A DNA stretch of 32,000 nucleotides from Fastidiosibacter lacustris (lineage in GTDB: Bacteria > Pseudomonadota > Gammaproteobacteria > Francisellales > Francisellaceae). Where the stretch lies: assembly GCF_003428155.1 (NCBI RefSeq), contig NZ_QLIR01000003.1:90001-122000 (forward strand). The letters are read 5' to 3'. This document shows positions 19,062 to 28,840 of the stretch, one piece after another. The notes under the pieces are model-generated. The model was not told where the DNA came from. It worked only from the letters and a program-made list of their open reading frames with translations, and did not search any database. Both the position numbers and the translations under genes were made by a program. Each line of letters opens with the position of its first letter. The first letter of the stretch is position 1.

Positions 19062-20216
19062 TTAAAGGTCAATGGCTGCAAGTGTGCCATTATTAGTTTG
19101 AACGACTATTGTTTTGCCAACTGCAATTGGTTGAGCATTTATGCCATCCCCACCAACTTGAACACGATTGAGATATTTCCCTGTTTTGGCATTAAGTATA
19201 TGAATGTAGCCTTCATAGTCACCAACAACAATAAAACCATCTATATATAAAGGCGCAGAGGGTTTTCTACCTTCTAATTCTATTGCTTGCCAGAGTGTGT
19301 CACCCGTTTTAGTGTTATAAGCTGTGATATTTCCTTTGCTATCAACAGCAAACAATGCTTCGTTATTTAAGACAAGATTACGATAAATGGAGGCTTTTTT
19401 TTGCCAGTTCATACTACCAAGTTTAGTATTAAAGCTAATTAAGTTGCCTTGGAAAGTAGCAACATAAAGTTTGTCGTTGTCAATAATCGGAGTGGCGGTG
19501 ATGTCAACCATTTGCTGAGCAGGGGAACCAGATTGAGGAAGTGCAATAGGGTTATCCCATTGTTTTTCTCCACTGTCAGCTTTAAGCCCCCATAAGCTAC
19601 CTGATGATGTTCCTGCTATGACTAAATCTTGATAAAGAATAGGAGAGCTGTTGCCAATGAGCATGACATCTGGGATAGGGGTGCTTTGTGTCCATAACTG
19701 CTGCCCATCACTGATTGCATAAGCAGAGAGGCTACCATCATGTGTCTGAACATAAATAACGTTATCGACAATTGTGGGTTTGGAAAAAAGGCTACTTGGC
19801 AGGACATTTTTCCACAAGATTTTACCTGTGTTACGATCAAGTGCAATAATTGTGCCACACAAGCTGCCAGCCACGACGTATTGACCACTGACATTAGCAG
19901 CTGAGCTGAGTTTAAGATCAGTATTCGTTGACCATAAAAGTTTGCCTGTTTGAGCATTTACAGCACTCATGTAACCATCAAAGCTTGTGGTGTATATAAT
20001 ATTATTAAAGCTTACAGGCGTTAATGTTAAATCAACTTGACCACCGTTGCCATTACCAATACTCCTATCCCAAACATAATTGACTTCAACGTTAGGTTTA
20101 AACTCAACAAGTGGTTTAGGCGGAATATCGTTACTCTTGTTACCACAACCAGTGAGCGTACTGCCAAGAATGGTGATTAATAGAGAAGCGATAAAAATTC
20201 TTTTAGCTTTTTTCAT
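19062..20216 (-). CDS. bamB: Outer membrane protein assembly factor BamB (lipoprotein, PQQ-like beta-propeller)
   Basis: 384 aa. Lipobox LTGC at the N-terminus; repeated blades such as VNAQTGKLLWSTNTD, LDRNTGKILWKN, YNTKTGDTLWQ, LNAKTGKYLNRV; lies directly downstream of a yfgM-like gene. Confidence 0.93.
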   Translation of the reverse strand: MKKAKRIFIASLLITILGSTLTGCGNKSNDIPPKPLVEFKPNVEVNYVWDRSIGNGNGGQVDLTLTPVSFNNIIYTTSFDGYMSAVNAQTGKLLWSTNTDLKLSSAANVSGQYVVAGSLCGTIIALDRNTGKILWKNVLPSSLFSKPTIVDNVIYVQTHDGSLSAYAISDGQQLWTQSTPIPDVMLIGNSSPILYQDLVIAGTSSGSLWGLKADSGEKQWDNPIALPQSGSPAQQMVDITATPIIDNDKLYVATFQGNLISFNTKLGSMNWQKKASIYRNLVLNNEALFAVDSKGNITAYNTKTGDTLWQAIELEGRKPSAPLYIDGFIVVGDYEGYIHILNAKTGKYLNRVQVGGDGINAQPIAVGKTIVVQTNNGTLAAIDL

Positions 20217-20236
20217 GTATATTCCTAAATTAAACG

Positions 20237-20881
20237 TTACTTAAGTGCAGCAAGGTTATCAATTTTTATTTGCAGTAGGTTTTTAATATCAGTAAGCTCA
20301 GGTTTTTGTGTCTCTTTGAGTGCAAGTTCCCATTGCGTTTGTGCTGCTGAATAATCTTTATTAGCAAAATAAGCATCACCTAATAGCATGGCTTTGGATA
20401 AAGAAAAACCCGTAAGTTTAATGCTATTGAGCGTTGTGATTGCGTCATTTATTTGGTTTTGAGCCATTTGAATACGTGCAAGTCGTAGTTTTGCAATTGC
20501 TTGAACGTTTGGGTTAATCGAATTGTTTGCAATTTCCTGTAAACTTGCTACTGCTTGCGCTAAATCATCTTTAAGTACAGATTGCCTTGCAATTTCTAAA
20601 CGCGCAAAATCTGAGTAAATAGATTTAGGATAAAGATTAATAATATTTTGTGCTTGGTTGATTATAATATCACTATTGCCAGTAACGTTTTCAGAAATCA
20701 ACATCATTTTTTGATAAAGCTCAATTGCTTCAACATCATTTTGCAGCTGTCTTTTTTGCCAATATTGCCAACTAACAATGACAATTAAGACCAAACAGAT
20801 AATGGTAACAACAGATGTTCTATATTTTTTCCATAGTAGCTTGGTTTTATCAAACTCATTAGTATCCAATTGTTCAGTCAT
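20237..20881 (-). CDS. yfgM: YfgM/TPR-21 family membrane-anchored protein
   Basis: 214 aa. Cytosolic N-terminus then one TM (TSVVTIICLVLIVIVSWQYW); TPR-like repeats; LGDAYFAKKDY-type sequence LLGDAYFANKDYSAAQTQWELAL; adjacent to bamB as in E. coli. Confidence 0.85.
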   Translation of the reverse strand: MTEQLDTNEFDKTKLLWKKYRTSVVTIICLVLIVIVSWQYWQKRQLQNDVEAIELYQKMMLISENVTGNSDIIINQAQNIINLYPKSIYSDFARLEIARQSVLKDDLAQAVASLQEIANNSINPNVQAIAKLRLARIQMAQNQINDAITTLNSIKLTGFSLSKAMLLGDAYFANKDYSAAQTQWELALKETQKPELTDIKNLLQIKIDNLAALK

Positions 20882-21047
20882 GAATATAAAACGTAAGGTA
20901 ACGACATTGGTCGCAAATATAACATAAAGCTTGGTAGCACTGTAGTGGAATATTAAGGTATCTTAAAATTGTTGAAAAAACGCTACAGCTATGGATGAAA
21001 TTAAGTAAAATAAGCGCGGATAAAGATATCTTAAATGGTGAGCTGTT

Positions 21048-22526
21048 ATGGTAAAAGCAGAAATATTAATGAATATAGCAGCACATGAGAAGCGTGTGGC
21101 TGTGATTGAGAATGGGGTTTTGCAAGAAGTACATATAGAGCGTGAGAATCAACGTGGCATAGTTGGTAATATATATAAAGGTAAAATTACACGTGTGTTA
21201 CCAGGTATGCAAGCTGCTTTTGTCGATATTGGCTTGGAGCGCGCAGGTTTTCTACATGTTTCAGATGTAATGCCAATTGCTTCAGATGAAAGTGCTGGAA
21301 TCGATTTAAATAGTAAGGAGGCGGATGTACGCCACTGGCTAAGAGAAGGTCAAAGCATTTTAGTCCAAGTATTAAAGGATCCATTAGGTACCAAAGGTGC
21401 ACGTTTAAGTGCACATTTATCTCTAGCCTCACGCTATCTTGTCCACATGCCGGATTTAGATCATATTGGGATTTCACTTCGTATTGAATCAGAAGAAGAA
21501 CGAGAGCGTTTGCAACAAGTGATGAAAGAGGCGCTTGGCTATGAATATCCACGTGGTTTTATTATTCGCACTGTAGCAGAGGGGTTGTCTTCTAAAGAGT
21601 TAAGAAAAGACATTATTTTCTTACAAAATCTATGGCAAGGTGTTGTTGATTCTGCAAGCACGGTAACAAAGGCAGGTGTGGTATATGAAGATTTAAGCTT
21701 AGTGATGCGAACGCTTCGTGACTTTGCTAATGATAAGGTAGAGCGTATTCGAATCGATAATATTGATATGTATAGCGAGCTGTGCCGATTTAGCGACAAA
21801 TTTGTACCTGGCGTACGTGAAAAACTTGAACTTTATCGTTCTGATAATCCTATCTTTGATATGTATGGCGTCGAAGAAGAACTAGCGCGAGCATTAGATC
21901 GAAAAGTACCTTTAAAATCAGGTGGTTACATTATCATTGACCAAACGGAAGCAATGACAACTATTGATGTCAATACAGGAGCATACGTTGGAATGGTGAA
22001 TCTAGAAGAAACTATTTTCAAAACCAACTTAGAAGCGGTACGCGTCATTGGTAGACAATTGAGATTACGTAATTTAGGTGGAATCATCATTATTGATTTC
22101 ATTGACATGTTAGATGACGAGCATAAAGAACAGGTTTTAGATGCATTGGCTAAAGTGCTAGAGTTAGACTATGCACGAACAACTTTTTCTGGTTTGTCTG
22201 AATTGGGACTTGTCGAAATGACGCGTAAACGTACTCAAGAAAGCCTCGTTCAGTTTTTATGTGAACCTTGTCCAATGTGTCAAGGCAAAGGTAGGATTAA
22301 AACTGTACAAACGATTTGTTATGAAATTTTTAGAGAAATTAAACGAGAAGCCTGTACTTACCAAAGCAATGGTTTTCTAATAGTGGCATCAAGCGCAGTT
22401 GTTGATGCCTTGCAAAATGATGAATCATTTGGGTTAGGAGAACTTGAAATTATTATCTCGAAACCCATTAAGCTGCAAGCAGAATTCAGCTATGCTCAAC
22501 AAATGTATGATATTGTATTAATCTAA
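21048..22526 (+). CDS. rng: Ribonuclease G
   Basis: 492 aa. VLQEVHIERENQRGIVGNIYKGKITRVLPGMQAAFVDIGLERAGFLHVSDV; IDQTEAMTTIDVNTGAYVG; GGIIIIDFIDMLDDEHKEQVL; Zn-link CEPCPMCQGKG. Confidence 0.97.
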   Translation: MVKAEILMNIAAHEKRVAVIENGVLQEVHIERENQRGIVGNIYKGKITRVLPGMQAAFVDIGLERAGFLHVSDVMPIASDESAGIDLNSKEADVRHWLREGQSILVQVLKDPLGTKGARLSAHLSLASRYLVHMPDLDHIGISLRIESEEERERLQQVMKEALGYEYPRGFIIRTVAEGLSSKELRKDIIFLQNLWQGVVDSASTVTKAGVVYEDLSLVMRTLRDFANDKVERIRIDNIDMYSELCRFSDKFVPGVREKLELYRSDNPIFDMYGVEEELARALDRKVPLKSGGYIIIDQTEAMTTIDVNTGAYVGMVNLEETIFKTNLEAVRVIGRQLRLRNLGGIIIIDFIDMLDDEHKEQVLDALAKVLELDYARTTFSGLSELGLVEMTRKRTQESLVQFLCEPCPMCQGKGRIKTVQTICYEIFREIKREACTYQSNGFLIVASSAVVDALQNDESFGLGELEIIISKPIKLQAEFSYAQQMYDIVLI

Positions 22527-22550
22527 ATCAATAAACTTAGGTGACAATTT

Positions 22551-25500
22551 ATGAGAAGACGTGTTTTTATTTTATGGCTTGGAATTGTCTTTGCCAGTTT
22601 TCTCCTGATTGTGATCTTAGTAGGATATGGATTATTAAGGCTGTTGCCAAGTTATCAACATACGATTGAAGATGTGCTTTCTCAAGTGACAGGTTCAAAA
22701 GTATCATTACAAATTGAATATGCTGATTGGCGTGGTCTTGATCCTGTAGTTAAGGTTGGTCAAATTATGGTGAATGGCCATGATTTTTCACTGAATATTC
22801 CTGAAATGACAGTTAGAATTGATGGAATTCGATCTTTAATCGCTTGGAATTTTGTGACGAAGTCGATTGTGATTGATTCACCAAAACTGAAGTATTATTC
22901 AGAAACAAATAAAATTGATAATCAATTTTTGCAGTTACTATCTGTAGAAGAGATCAATCAGATAGGTGGATGTTGGTCGAGAGTTTTGGATTACTTGCTT
23001 CAACAACAGCGGTTAAGCTTAAAAGGAATGATAGTTGTCATTGATCTAAGAAGTCAGGGTATAGCCTGGGAACTTACGTTAAATATGGATTATACAAAAA
23101 GAAAGCAACAAAAAGGCTTATTAAACATAGCAATTTCACCTTTGATAGCTAAGCAAAATACACAAGTAGAAATAACAGCAGTTATCGAACAAAAGGATGA
23201 TAAATATTACTTTGATAGTAATTTAATGGATAAAGCACATGTACTTATTAGTGTGCTTAATAACCTTAGTGATAAAATCAAGTTTGAGCCATTGATAGGA
23301 AATCAAATTAATCTATTTATTCAAAGTTCTATAAAAGGCTTGGATGAGATTTCTATGATCGGGGAGTTATCTGAATTAGAATTAGAAACTAAATTGCTGC
23401 AGAAAACAAAGTTTAAAAATATATCCTTTAACTTAAGGCTATTTCGCTACCAAGGTCGCTTTATGTTAGACGTAAATCCTTTAACCTTCGTAACGCACAA
23501 TAAACATTATATATTTAGATCTACGCTCATGGCTTTGGATAATCATCGCTTAATGGTGAATGTTTCACGCTTTAATTTGGCAGATTTTTCAAATTTGACT
23601 CAGTTAGATGTTGTTAAATGGCGTAAAGACTTAATTTTATCAGGGCAGCTCACAAATCTACAACTTTCATTTGATTTACAGGAAATGAATATGGATGGTG
23701 TGCAACTAAGTGCCAACTTCAATGATTTAGGCGTCACACAAAGTGATAAACGCTTTGATTTTACCGGTTTAACTGGACAACTTTGGTGGCAAAAAAATAG
23801 TGCAAAAATTTTATTAAATGCACCAAATTTTACCTTGGGTGAAAATACGGTGTTTACAAAAGTATGGCCACAATTTAACGCTGTTGGCGAATTAAATATC
23901 ATCAAACAACAAGATAAAGTCATCGTTTATGTGCCAAATCTTCAATTAAATAACAAAACAATTAATTTTTCTGCTAAAGGCAATATCGACGTTCCACTTG
24001 ATCAGCCATTAAATTTTACATTAGATATCAAAGCAAACCTAACTGGACAACATGTAACAACGGAATATCAATCTTTTTTACCCAAACATGGTATTCCAAT
24101 AGCGCTTTATGATTGGTTAATGAAATCTTTATATGGTGCAAAAGCAGTTGATGCAAGTCTTAAAATCAAAGGGGTGGCACGTAATATTCCATTTGCAGAT
24201 GATTCAGGTGTTTTTAAAATAGATGCTAATATTCAAGATGGAAAGCTTATACCATATTTTGGTTTAGGTGTTGCTTATGGGCTTAATGGTAGTCTTCACT
24301 TTGACAATGAACAATTAAGCGCTAAGGTCGATAGGGGAATGCTAGGTGGAATTCCAATTAAAATAGCTCACGTCAGTGTTGATAACATTGCTCGCAACAC
24401 CCCAGCAACTCTTACTATCACTGGTAGTGCTGACACAAATAGTAAGCAAGCTTACACGTATTTAGAAAGTACAGAATATGGCAAGTTAGTGAATGAGCTA
24501 AGCCATTATGCAAAATTACAGGCTAACACAAGTATAAGCCTAGGGATTGAGATTCCATTCGGTGATCAGTCACGTCATCATCGCTTTTATGGTAAAGTTT
24601 CAATCAATGATGGTTTATTATCTATATATCAGCCATTTGTATATAACATCTATGCTATGGAAGGTGAAATTGCATTCAATAATGGCAATGTTTTTATACA
24701 CCAAATAAAAGCTATGTTAAACAAGAATTTCCCTGTCGCATTAACAGGGTCGCTTAACGTAGAAAATCCCAAAAACCCGACTGTCATGCTAACAGGCAAA
24801 ACGACTATTCCATTTACAGAAGGAAACTTCAATCCATTAACAAAGTTTAGTACAAAACAAAAACTGTCAGGAACCTTGCCCATTAGCTTCGCACTCAATA
24901 GTAATTTTGATAAAGGCGAATTTAAAATAGACAGTAATTTTATAGGTTTGACAAGTACATTAGGTGCTCCATTTAATAAAACAGCTTTTGAATCTTTGCC
25001 AATTGAGCTTAAGCTTTCATGGCAAAAGGACAATAACATAGGTAAACCAATTGACATTCAACAAATTTCAAAAGCACAATTTGAAGTTGAAACTAAACTA
25101 AATATTGCAAATCAAACAGATTTAACAACGGGATTTAACTTTAGCAACAAAGGTATAGGCGCATTGAGTATGACAGGGCACATCCATAAACTCAGTTTAG
25201 ATTTCTTATTGAATCTAGCAAATATGGTTGACCAAGCAATCTTAACCTTTCGTGCTCAAAATCAACTACAACAACTAACAGCACTAAATACTCCCTTGGT
25301 GGAAGATAAAAAAACAAGTTATGATAATTGTCTCATCGTTGCAAATTATGCTAATTGCATCTATCGCAATTTAAGTAATTGGCTTAAACCAAAAATCAAT
25401 TTGGATATAGGTTTACTTGATGTTTGTAATACGATTTACCAGGATGTCAACCTTAAAACAGCAGTAAGTCAACATTATACAAATATTGAGTTGACGGCTA

Positions 25501-26474
25501 ATAATTCAGTTAAAATAACTATTGACATACCACAAGCTTTACAAAAGCCAATAGAAGTAAACGCAGATAATTTATCCTTTAGGTTATCTAGCGATAAAGT
25601 TAAAAAAGAAAAAGAACAACAAACTCGAAACGATGCTCAGTTTAAAGGTGTTTTAGCTAAGGTGCTTAACGTTAATACTCTACAAAAAATTCCAAATGCC
25701 AACATTAAATTAACTAATTTACAACTAGGTGGATATGGTATTCCAAATATCTTAGTAGCGGTTAATATACGTGCTGGCGTTTTATTTATTCCAGTATTGT
25801 CAGCCTATGATCCAAGCTCAAAACTCTTAGCAAGTGTGCAGTTATCACCACAAGGCAGTACCTTGCAACTTAATGCATTTTCACTAAATTGGGGAAATTT
25901 ACTTAATAGTTTTGGCTATGAAAACTTTCTTAAAAGTACATCTGGGGATCTAAATGCAAATTTCAGCTGGTCAAAACTCATGCCAAGTTTCTCAAACATA
26001 AAAGGTAACATAAGTATCGACTTACTAAATGGCGTAATTCTGTCGATAGATGCAGGTATTGCAAAATACATAGGTTTACTAAGTTTAGATGCTTATTTTA
26101 AACGATTATTTTTACCTTATAACGATTTTGAGCATCAAGGGATGCCATTTAACCATATCACGGGTAGATATGACTTAAAGGATGGCATTGCCATAAGCCA
26201 GCCTTCAGTTGTGATTGACACGCCAGGTTTTGCACTTATTGTGCAAGGAGATATTAACATTTTAAACAAAACATTGAATCAAAGAATTAAATATCAACCT
26301 CATTTTTCGGGCACCACAGCTGCTGTAGCTGGTGCTTTGGGGGGACCAGTAGTTGCTCTTGCCACCTATTTGGGTGGTAAGGTTTTAGGCAATACATTAT
26401 TTAGAAATATGGGTCTTGTTAGCTTTGATGTGGTCGGTAATTGGGATAAGCCGACACTTAAGCAAGTTCAGTAA
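22551..26474 (+). CDS. yhdP: YhdP family (AsmA-like, DUF3971) large envelope protein
   Basis: 1307 aa. N-terminal TM; ADWRGLDPVVKVGQIMVNG; LYDWLMKSLYGAKAVDASLKIKGVARNIPF; C-terminal ITGRYDLKDGIAISQPSVVIDTPGFALIVQGDINILNKTLNQRI. Confidence 0.92.
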   Translation: MRRRVFILWLGIVFASFLLIVILVGYGLLRLLPSYQHTIEDVLSQVTGSKVSLQIEYADWRGLDPVVKVGQIMVNGHDFSLNIPEMTVRIDGIRSLIAWNFVTKSIVIDSPKLKYYSETNKIDNQFLQLLSVEEINQIGGCWSRVLDYLLQQQRLSLKGMIVVIDLRSQGIAWELTLNMDYTKRKQQKGLLNIAISPLIAKQNTQVEITAVIEQKDDKYYFDSNLMDKAHVLISVLNNLSDKIKFEPLIGNQINLFIQSSIKGLDEISMIGELSELELETKLLQKTKFKNISFNLRLFRYQGRFMLDVNPLTFVTHNKHYIFRSTLMALDNHRLMVNVSRFNLADFSNLTQLDVVKWRKDLILSGQLTNLQLSFDLQEMNMDGVQLSANFNDLGVTQSDKRFDFTGLTGQLWWQKNSAKILLNAPNFTLGENTVFTKVWPQFNAVGELNIIKQQDKVIVYVPNLQLNNKTINFSAKGNIDVPLDQPLNFTLDIKANLTGQHVTTEYQSFLPKHGIPIALYDWLMKSLYGAKAVDASLKIKGVARNIPFADDSGVFKIDANIQDGKLIPYFGLGVAYGLNGSLHFDNEQLSAKVDRGMLGGIPIKIAHVSVDNIARNTPATLTITGSADTNSKQAYTYLESTEYGKLVNELSHYAKLQANTSISLGIEIPFGDQSRHHRFYGKVSINDGLLSIYQPFVYNIYAMEGEIAFNNGNVFIHQIKAMLNKNFPVALTGSLNVENPKNPTVMLTGKTTIPFTEGNFNPLTKFSTKQKLSGTLPISFALNSNFDKGEFKIDSNFIGLTSTLGAPFNKTAFESLPIELKLSWQKDNNIGKPIDIQQISKAQFEVETKLNIANQTDLTTGFNFSNKGIGALSMTGHIHKLSLDFLLNLANMVDQAILTFRAQNQLQQLTALNTPLVEDKKTSYDNCLIVANYANCIYRNLSNWLKPKINLDIGLLDVCNTIYQDVNLKTAVSQHYTNIELTANNSVKITIDIPQALQKPIEVNADNLSFRLSSDKVKKEKEQQTRNDAQFKGVLAKVLNVNTLQKIPNANIKLTNLQLGGYGIPNILVAVNIRAGVLFIPVLSAYDPSSKLLASVQLSPQGSTLQLNAFSLNWGNLLNSFGYENFLKSTSGDLNANFSWSKLMPSFSNIKGNISIDLLNGVILSIDAGIAKYIGLLSLDAYFKRLFLPYNDFEHQGMPFNHITGRYDLKDGIAISQPSVVIDTPGFALIVQGDINILNKTLNQRIKYQPHFSGTTAAVAGALGGPVVALATYLGGKVLGNTLFRNMGLVSFDVVGNWDKPTLKQVQ

Positions 26475-28047
26475 CGGGGGGGTAGGCGTACTCATTCAAC
26501 ACATCTACCACGGCTTGTAGTAATTTTGTGGCGCTAAAGCCATAAACACCTTTTTCTTTAGCATATTTTTCACTGGCTATCCCTTGTAAAAGAACAGCAA
26601 ACTCAGCAGCCTTACTAACGGATTGAAGTTGTGCAGCAAGACCTGCAATCATGCCTGTAAGTAAATCACCTGAGCCAGCAGTTGCTAAAATAGGATGTCC
26701 ATAACGGCAAAGCTTAAGTTTATTCTCAGTGTAGAGTAAAGTTCCAGCACCTTTTAGCAAGACTTGTGTATGATAATGATCCGCCAGTGTTTTGGTTAAT
26801 TCAATACGGTTATTACGAACTATGCTTGCAGTTGTATTTAATATTCTTGCTGCTTCGCCTTCGTGTGGTGTAATGAGCAGTTGATCTTGATTACATCGAA
26901 GTTGAATTGATTTCAAGAAATCTAATGCACCGGCATCTATAATCATAGTTTTATTAAACTTAAGTGCTTCAGTGATAATACGTTGTGACCAAGGCATAGA
27001 TTCAACCATGCCTGGACCAATTACAAGAACATCTAATTTATTTATTAGCATTTCAACGTCCCTGAATTGCTCAACTCCATAACACATAATCTCAGGTTGA
27101 TTCAGGTTGATAAAAGTGGCATGCTCTTTATGAGTAAATAAACTTACACGTCCTGCACCTATGATTAATGCGGCAGTTGCAGTCATAATAGCAGCACCAG
27201 ACATCCCTTTATCACCTGCAATGATACCAACGTTTCCTTTGTCATTTTTGTTAATAGTTTTGCATTTGAGTAATTGAGAAATATAGCTTTTTAGATCACT
27301 ATGGTCTAATAGAGTTGCTTGCGGTTGAAGGCTAGAATCAAACATATCCTCACTAACAAGTGGAGCATAAATGAGATTACCGACATAATCAGGAGCTTCC
27401 CCTGTATAGAGTCCTATTTTGTTGCAGACAAAGCTTACGGTTGTATTGGCCTTGATGGCGCAACTAAATAACTTACCAGTCGAAGCGCACACCCCTGATG
27501 GGACATCAACACTTAAGGTATAACGACTGTGAGCATTAATCGTTTTAACAATTGTACTGAGATAACCACTGATATCACGATTAATGCCAGTGCCAAAAAG
27601 CGCGTCAACCACAACATTTGCTTGTTTAATCGCTTCTTCAAAAAGATCATGATCAACATAAGATAACAATTTTATATCAATGCCTAAACTTTTTGCATGC
27701 TTCAACATATATTGGGTATCTGGGGTTAATCGATCATCATCAATAGTAGTGAATATACGTGTGTCAATATTGGCCATATGTGTAAGCGCTGCAATCATAA
27801 AGCCATCTCCTGCATTATTACCATAACCTGCAATCACAACAATGCGTTGAGGACATTGCTTTTGAATTTCATTAAAACAAGCAAAAGCAGCTTTAGCCAT
27901 AAGATCTAGACTGTTAATGCTTTTATTATGAATAAGATATTGATCTATATCATAAGCTTGTTTGGCACTATAGAGACTTTTAAAATGAGTCATGATTTTT
28001 TGTTGATTCAATAAATTTGTGTGATAAGCATATTTTTTATAAAGCAA
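26458..28047 (-). CDS. nnr: Bifunctional ADP-dependent NAD(P)H-hydrate dehydratase / NAD(P)H-hydrate epimerase
   Basis: 529 aa. Epimerase domain VIAGYGNNAGDGFMIAA, DALFGTGINRDISG, SVDVPSGVCASTG; dehydratase domain GNVGIIAGDKGMSGAAIMTATAAL, LITPHEGEAARIL, ATAGSGDLLTGMIAGLAAQ. The likelier start is the internal ATG (MTHFKSLYSA...) near 27993. Confidence 0.95.
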   Translation of the reverse strand: MLYKKYAYHTNLLNQQKIMTHFKSLYSAKQAYDIDQYLIHNKSINSLDLMAKAAFACFNEIQKQCPQRIVVIAGYGNNAGDGFMIAALTHMANIDTRIFTTIDDDRLTPDTQYMLKHAKSLGIDIKLLSYVDHDLFEEAIKQANVVVDALFGTGINRDISGYLSTIVKTINAHSRYTLSVDVPSGVCASTGKLFSCAIKANTTVSFVCNKIGLYTGEAPDYVGNLIYAPLVSEDMFDSSLQPQATLLDHSDLKSYISQLLKCKTINKNDKGNVGIIAGDKGMSGAAIMTATAALIIGAGRVSLFTHKEHATFINLNQPEIMCYGVEQFRDVEMLINKLDVLVIGPGMVESMPWSQRIITEALKFNKTMIIDAGALDFLKSIQLRCNQDQLLITPHEGEAARILNTTASIVRNNRIELTKTLADHYHTQVLLKGAGTLLYTENKLKLCRYGHPILATAGSGDLLTGMIAGLAAQLQSVSKAAEFAVLLQGIASEKYAKEKGVYGFSATKLLQAVVDVLNEYAYPPVTELA

Positions 28048-28117
28048 AAGTGCAATAGGGCAGCAGTGGTTGTCGTGTCAGAATGGTACTCATAACGAAT
28101 CTAACAGTTCGATTTAT

Positions 28118-28714
28118 TCATGAGCTTGACTTTTTTAAAGCATACAGTTGAATAATTAAATCAGAAAGCTTAGAAAGTTCTTTGTTACGTTGATCTAAAG
28201 ACAAATTCTCAAAATCACATTCATCATCAAAGCCTAATATTTCATCAATAACAGATTCAATTTGTGGATTTAAGTGCCATGCAGCTTCAAAATACTCAAA
28301 GCCACGTTCAAACCCATCTAGCCAAAGGTCAATCGCAGGCATGGCTTGACCTTTGTACATTTTATGATAAACGAATGGTTCAAAGTCAACAAGTTCATTG
28401 TCAAAACAGTGCTTAAGTGTATCGTAGTGTTGAGCAATACCTTCAAGCAATTTAGTTTGCTCTGCTGGGTCTTTGAAATGTGGCAAGGAACCTTCTTGCC
28501 AAACACCTTCTAACCAATCTTGCTCATCTATAAACTCAGGGCATAGTAATACTGCAGTTAAATATCCATCTAACATGGATAATGAAAAAATATGCTCATC
28601 ACCAGTGAAGTTTTGTTCTGGTTCAGGATACAGGTTTAATAGTAATTCATCAAATTCATTGATTTTCTTAAGATCGAGTTTTAAGGGTCGTTTTTTATCA
28701 GCTTTAGGGCTCAT
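28118..28714 (-). CDS. YecA/YgfB (UPF0149) family protein
   Basis: 198 aa. LSMLDGYLTAVLLCPEFI; DLWLDGFERGFEYF (W..GF..G). Typical UPF0149 pattern, no SEC-C metal-binding tail visible. Confidence 0.85.
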   Translation of the reverse strand: MSPKADKKRPLKLDLKKINEFDELLLNLYPEPEQNFTGDEHIFSLSMLDGYLTAVLLCPEFIDEQDWLEGVWQEGSLPHFKDPAEQTKLLEGIAQHYDTLKHCFDNELVDFEPFVYHKMYKGQAMPAIDLWLDGFERGFEYFEAAWHLNPQIESVIDEILGFDDECDFENLSLDQRNKELSKLSDLIIQLYALKKSSS

Positions 28715-28840
28715 ATATACTCCGTTTTTAGTATCATTTTTTTATATCCATGCTGAATTTATAACGCATGAGAGAACGTAATAAAGTTATTTTTAATTTA
28801 ATAAGAGTGGGGTTAAAAGTAATAAATAGTATAAATGATT

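Noticed and set aside
18040-19250. Plus-strand ORFs 18040-18222 and 19044-19250
   Set aside because: Antisense to the MFS gene and bamB; no supporting features.
19622-19957. 111-aa plus-strand ORF within bamB
   Set aside because: Antisense to the PQQ-like repeats; composition is typical of shadow ORFs.
21187-22108. Minus-strand ORFs 21187-21552, 21539-21799 and 21926-22108 in rng
   Set aside because: Fully antisense to a conserved RNase G sequence.
23600-25057. 107-aa and 135-aa minus-strand ORFs within yhdP
   Set aside because: Antisense to a long, well-supported CDS; no recognisable domain.
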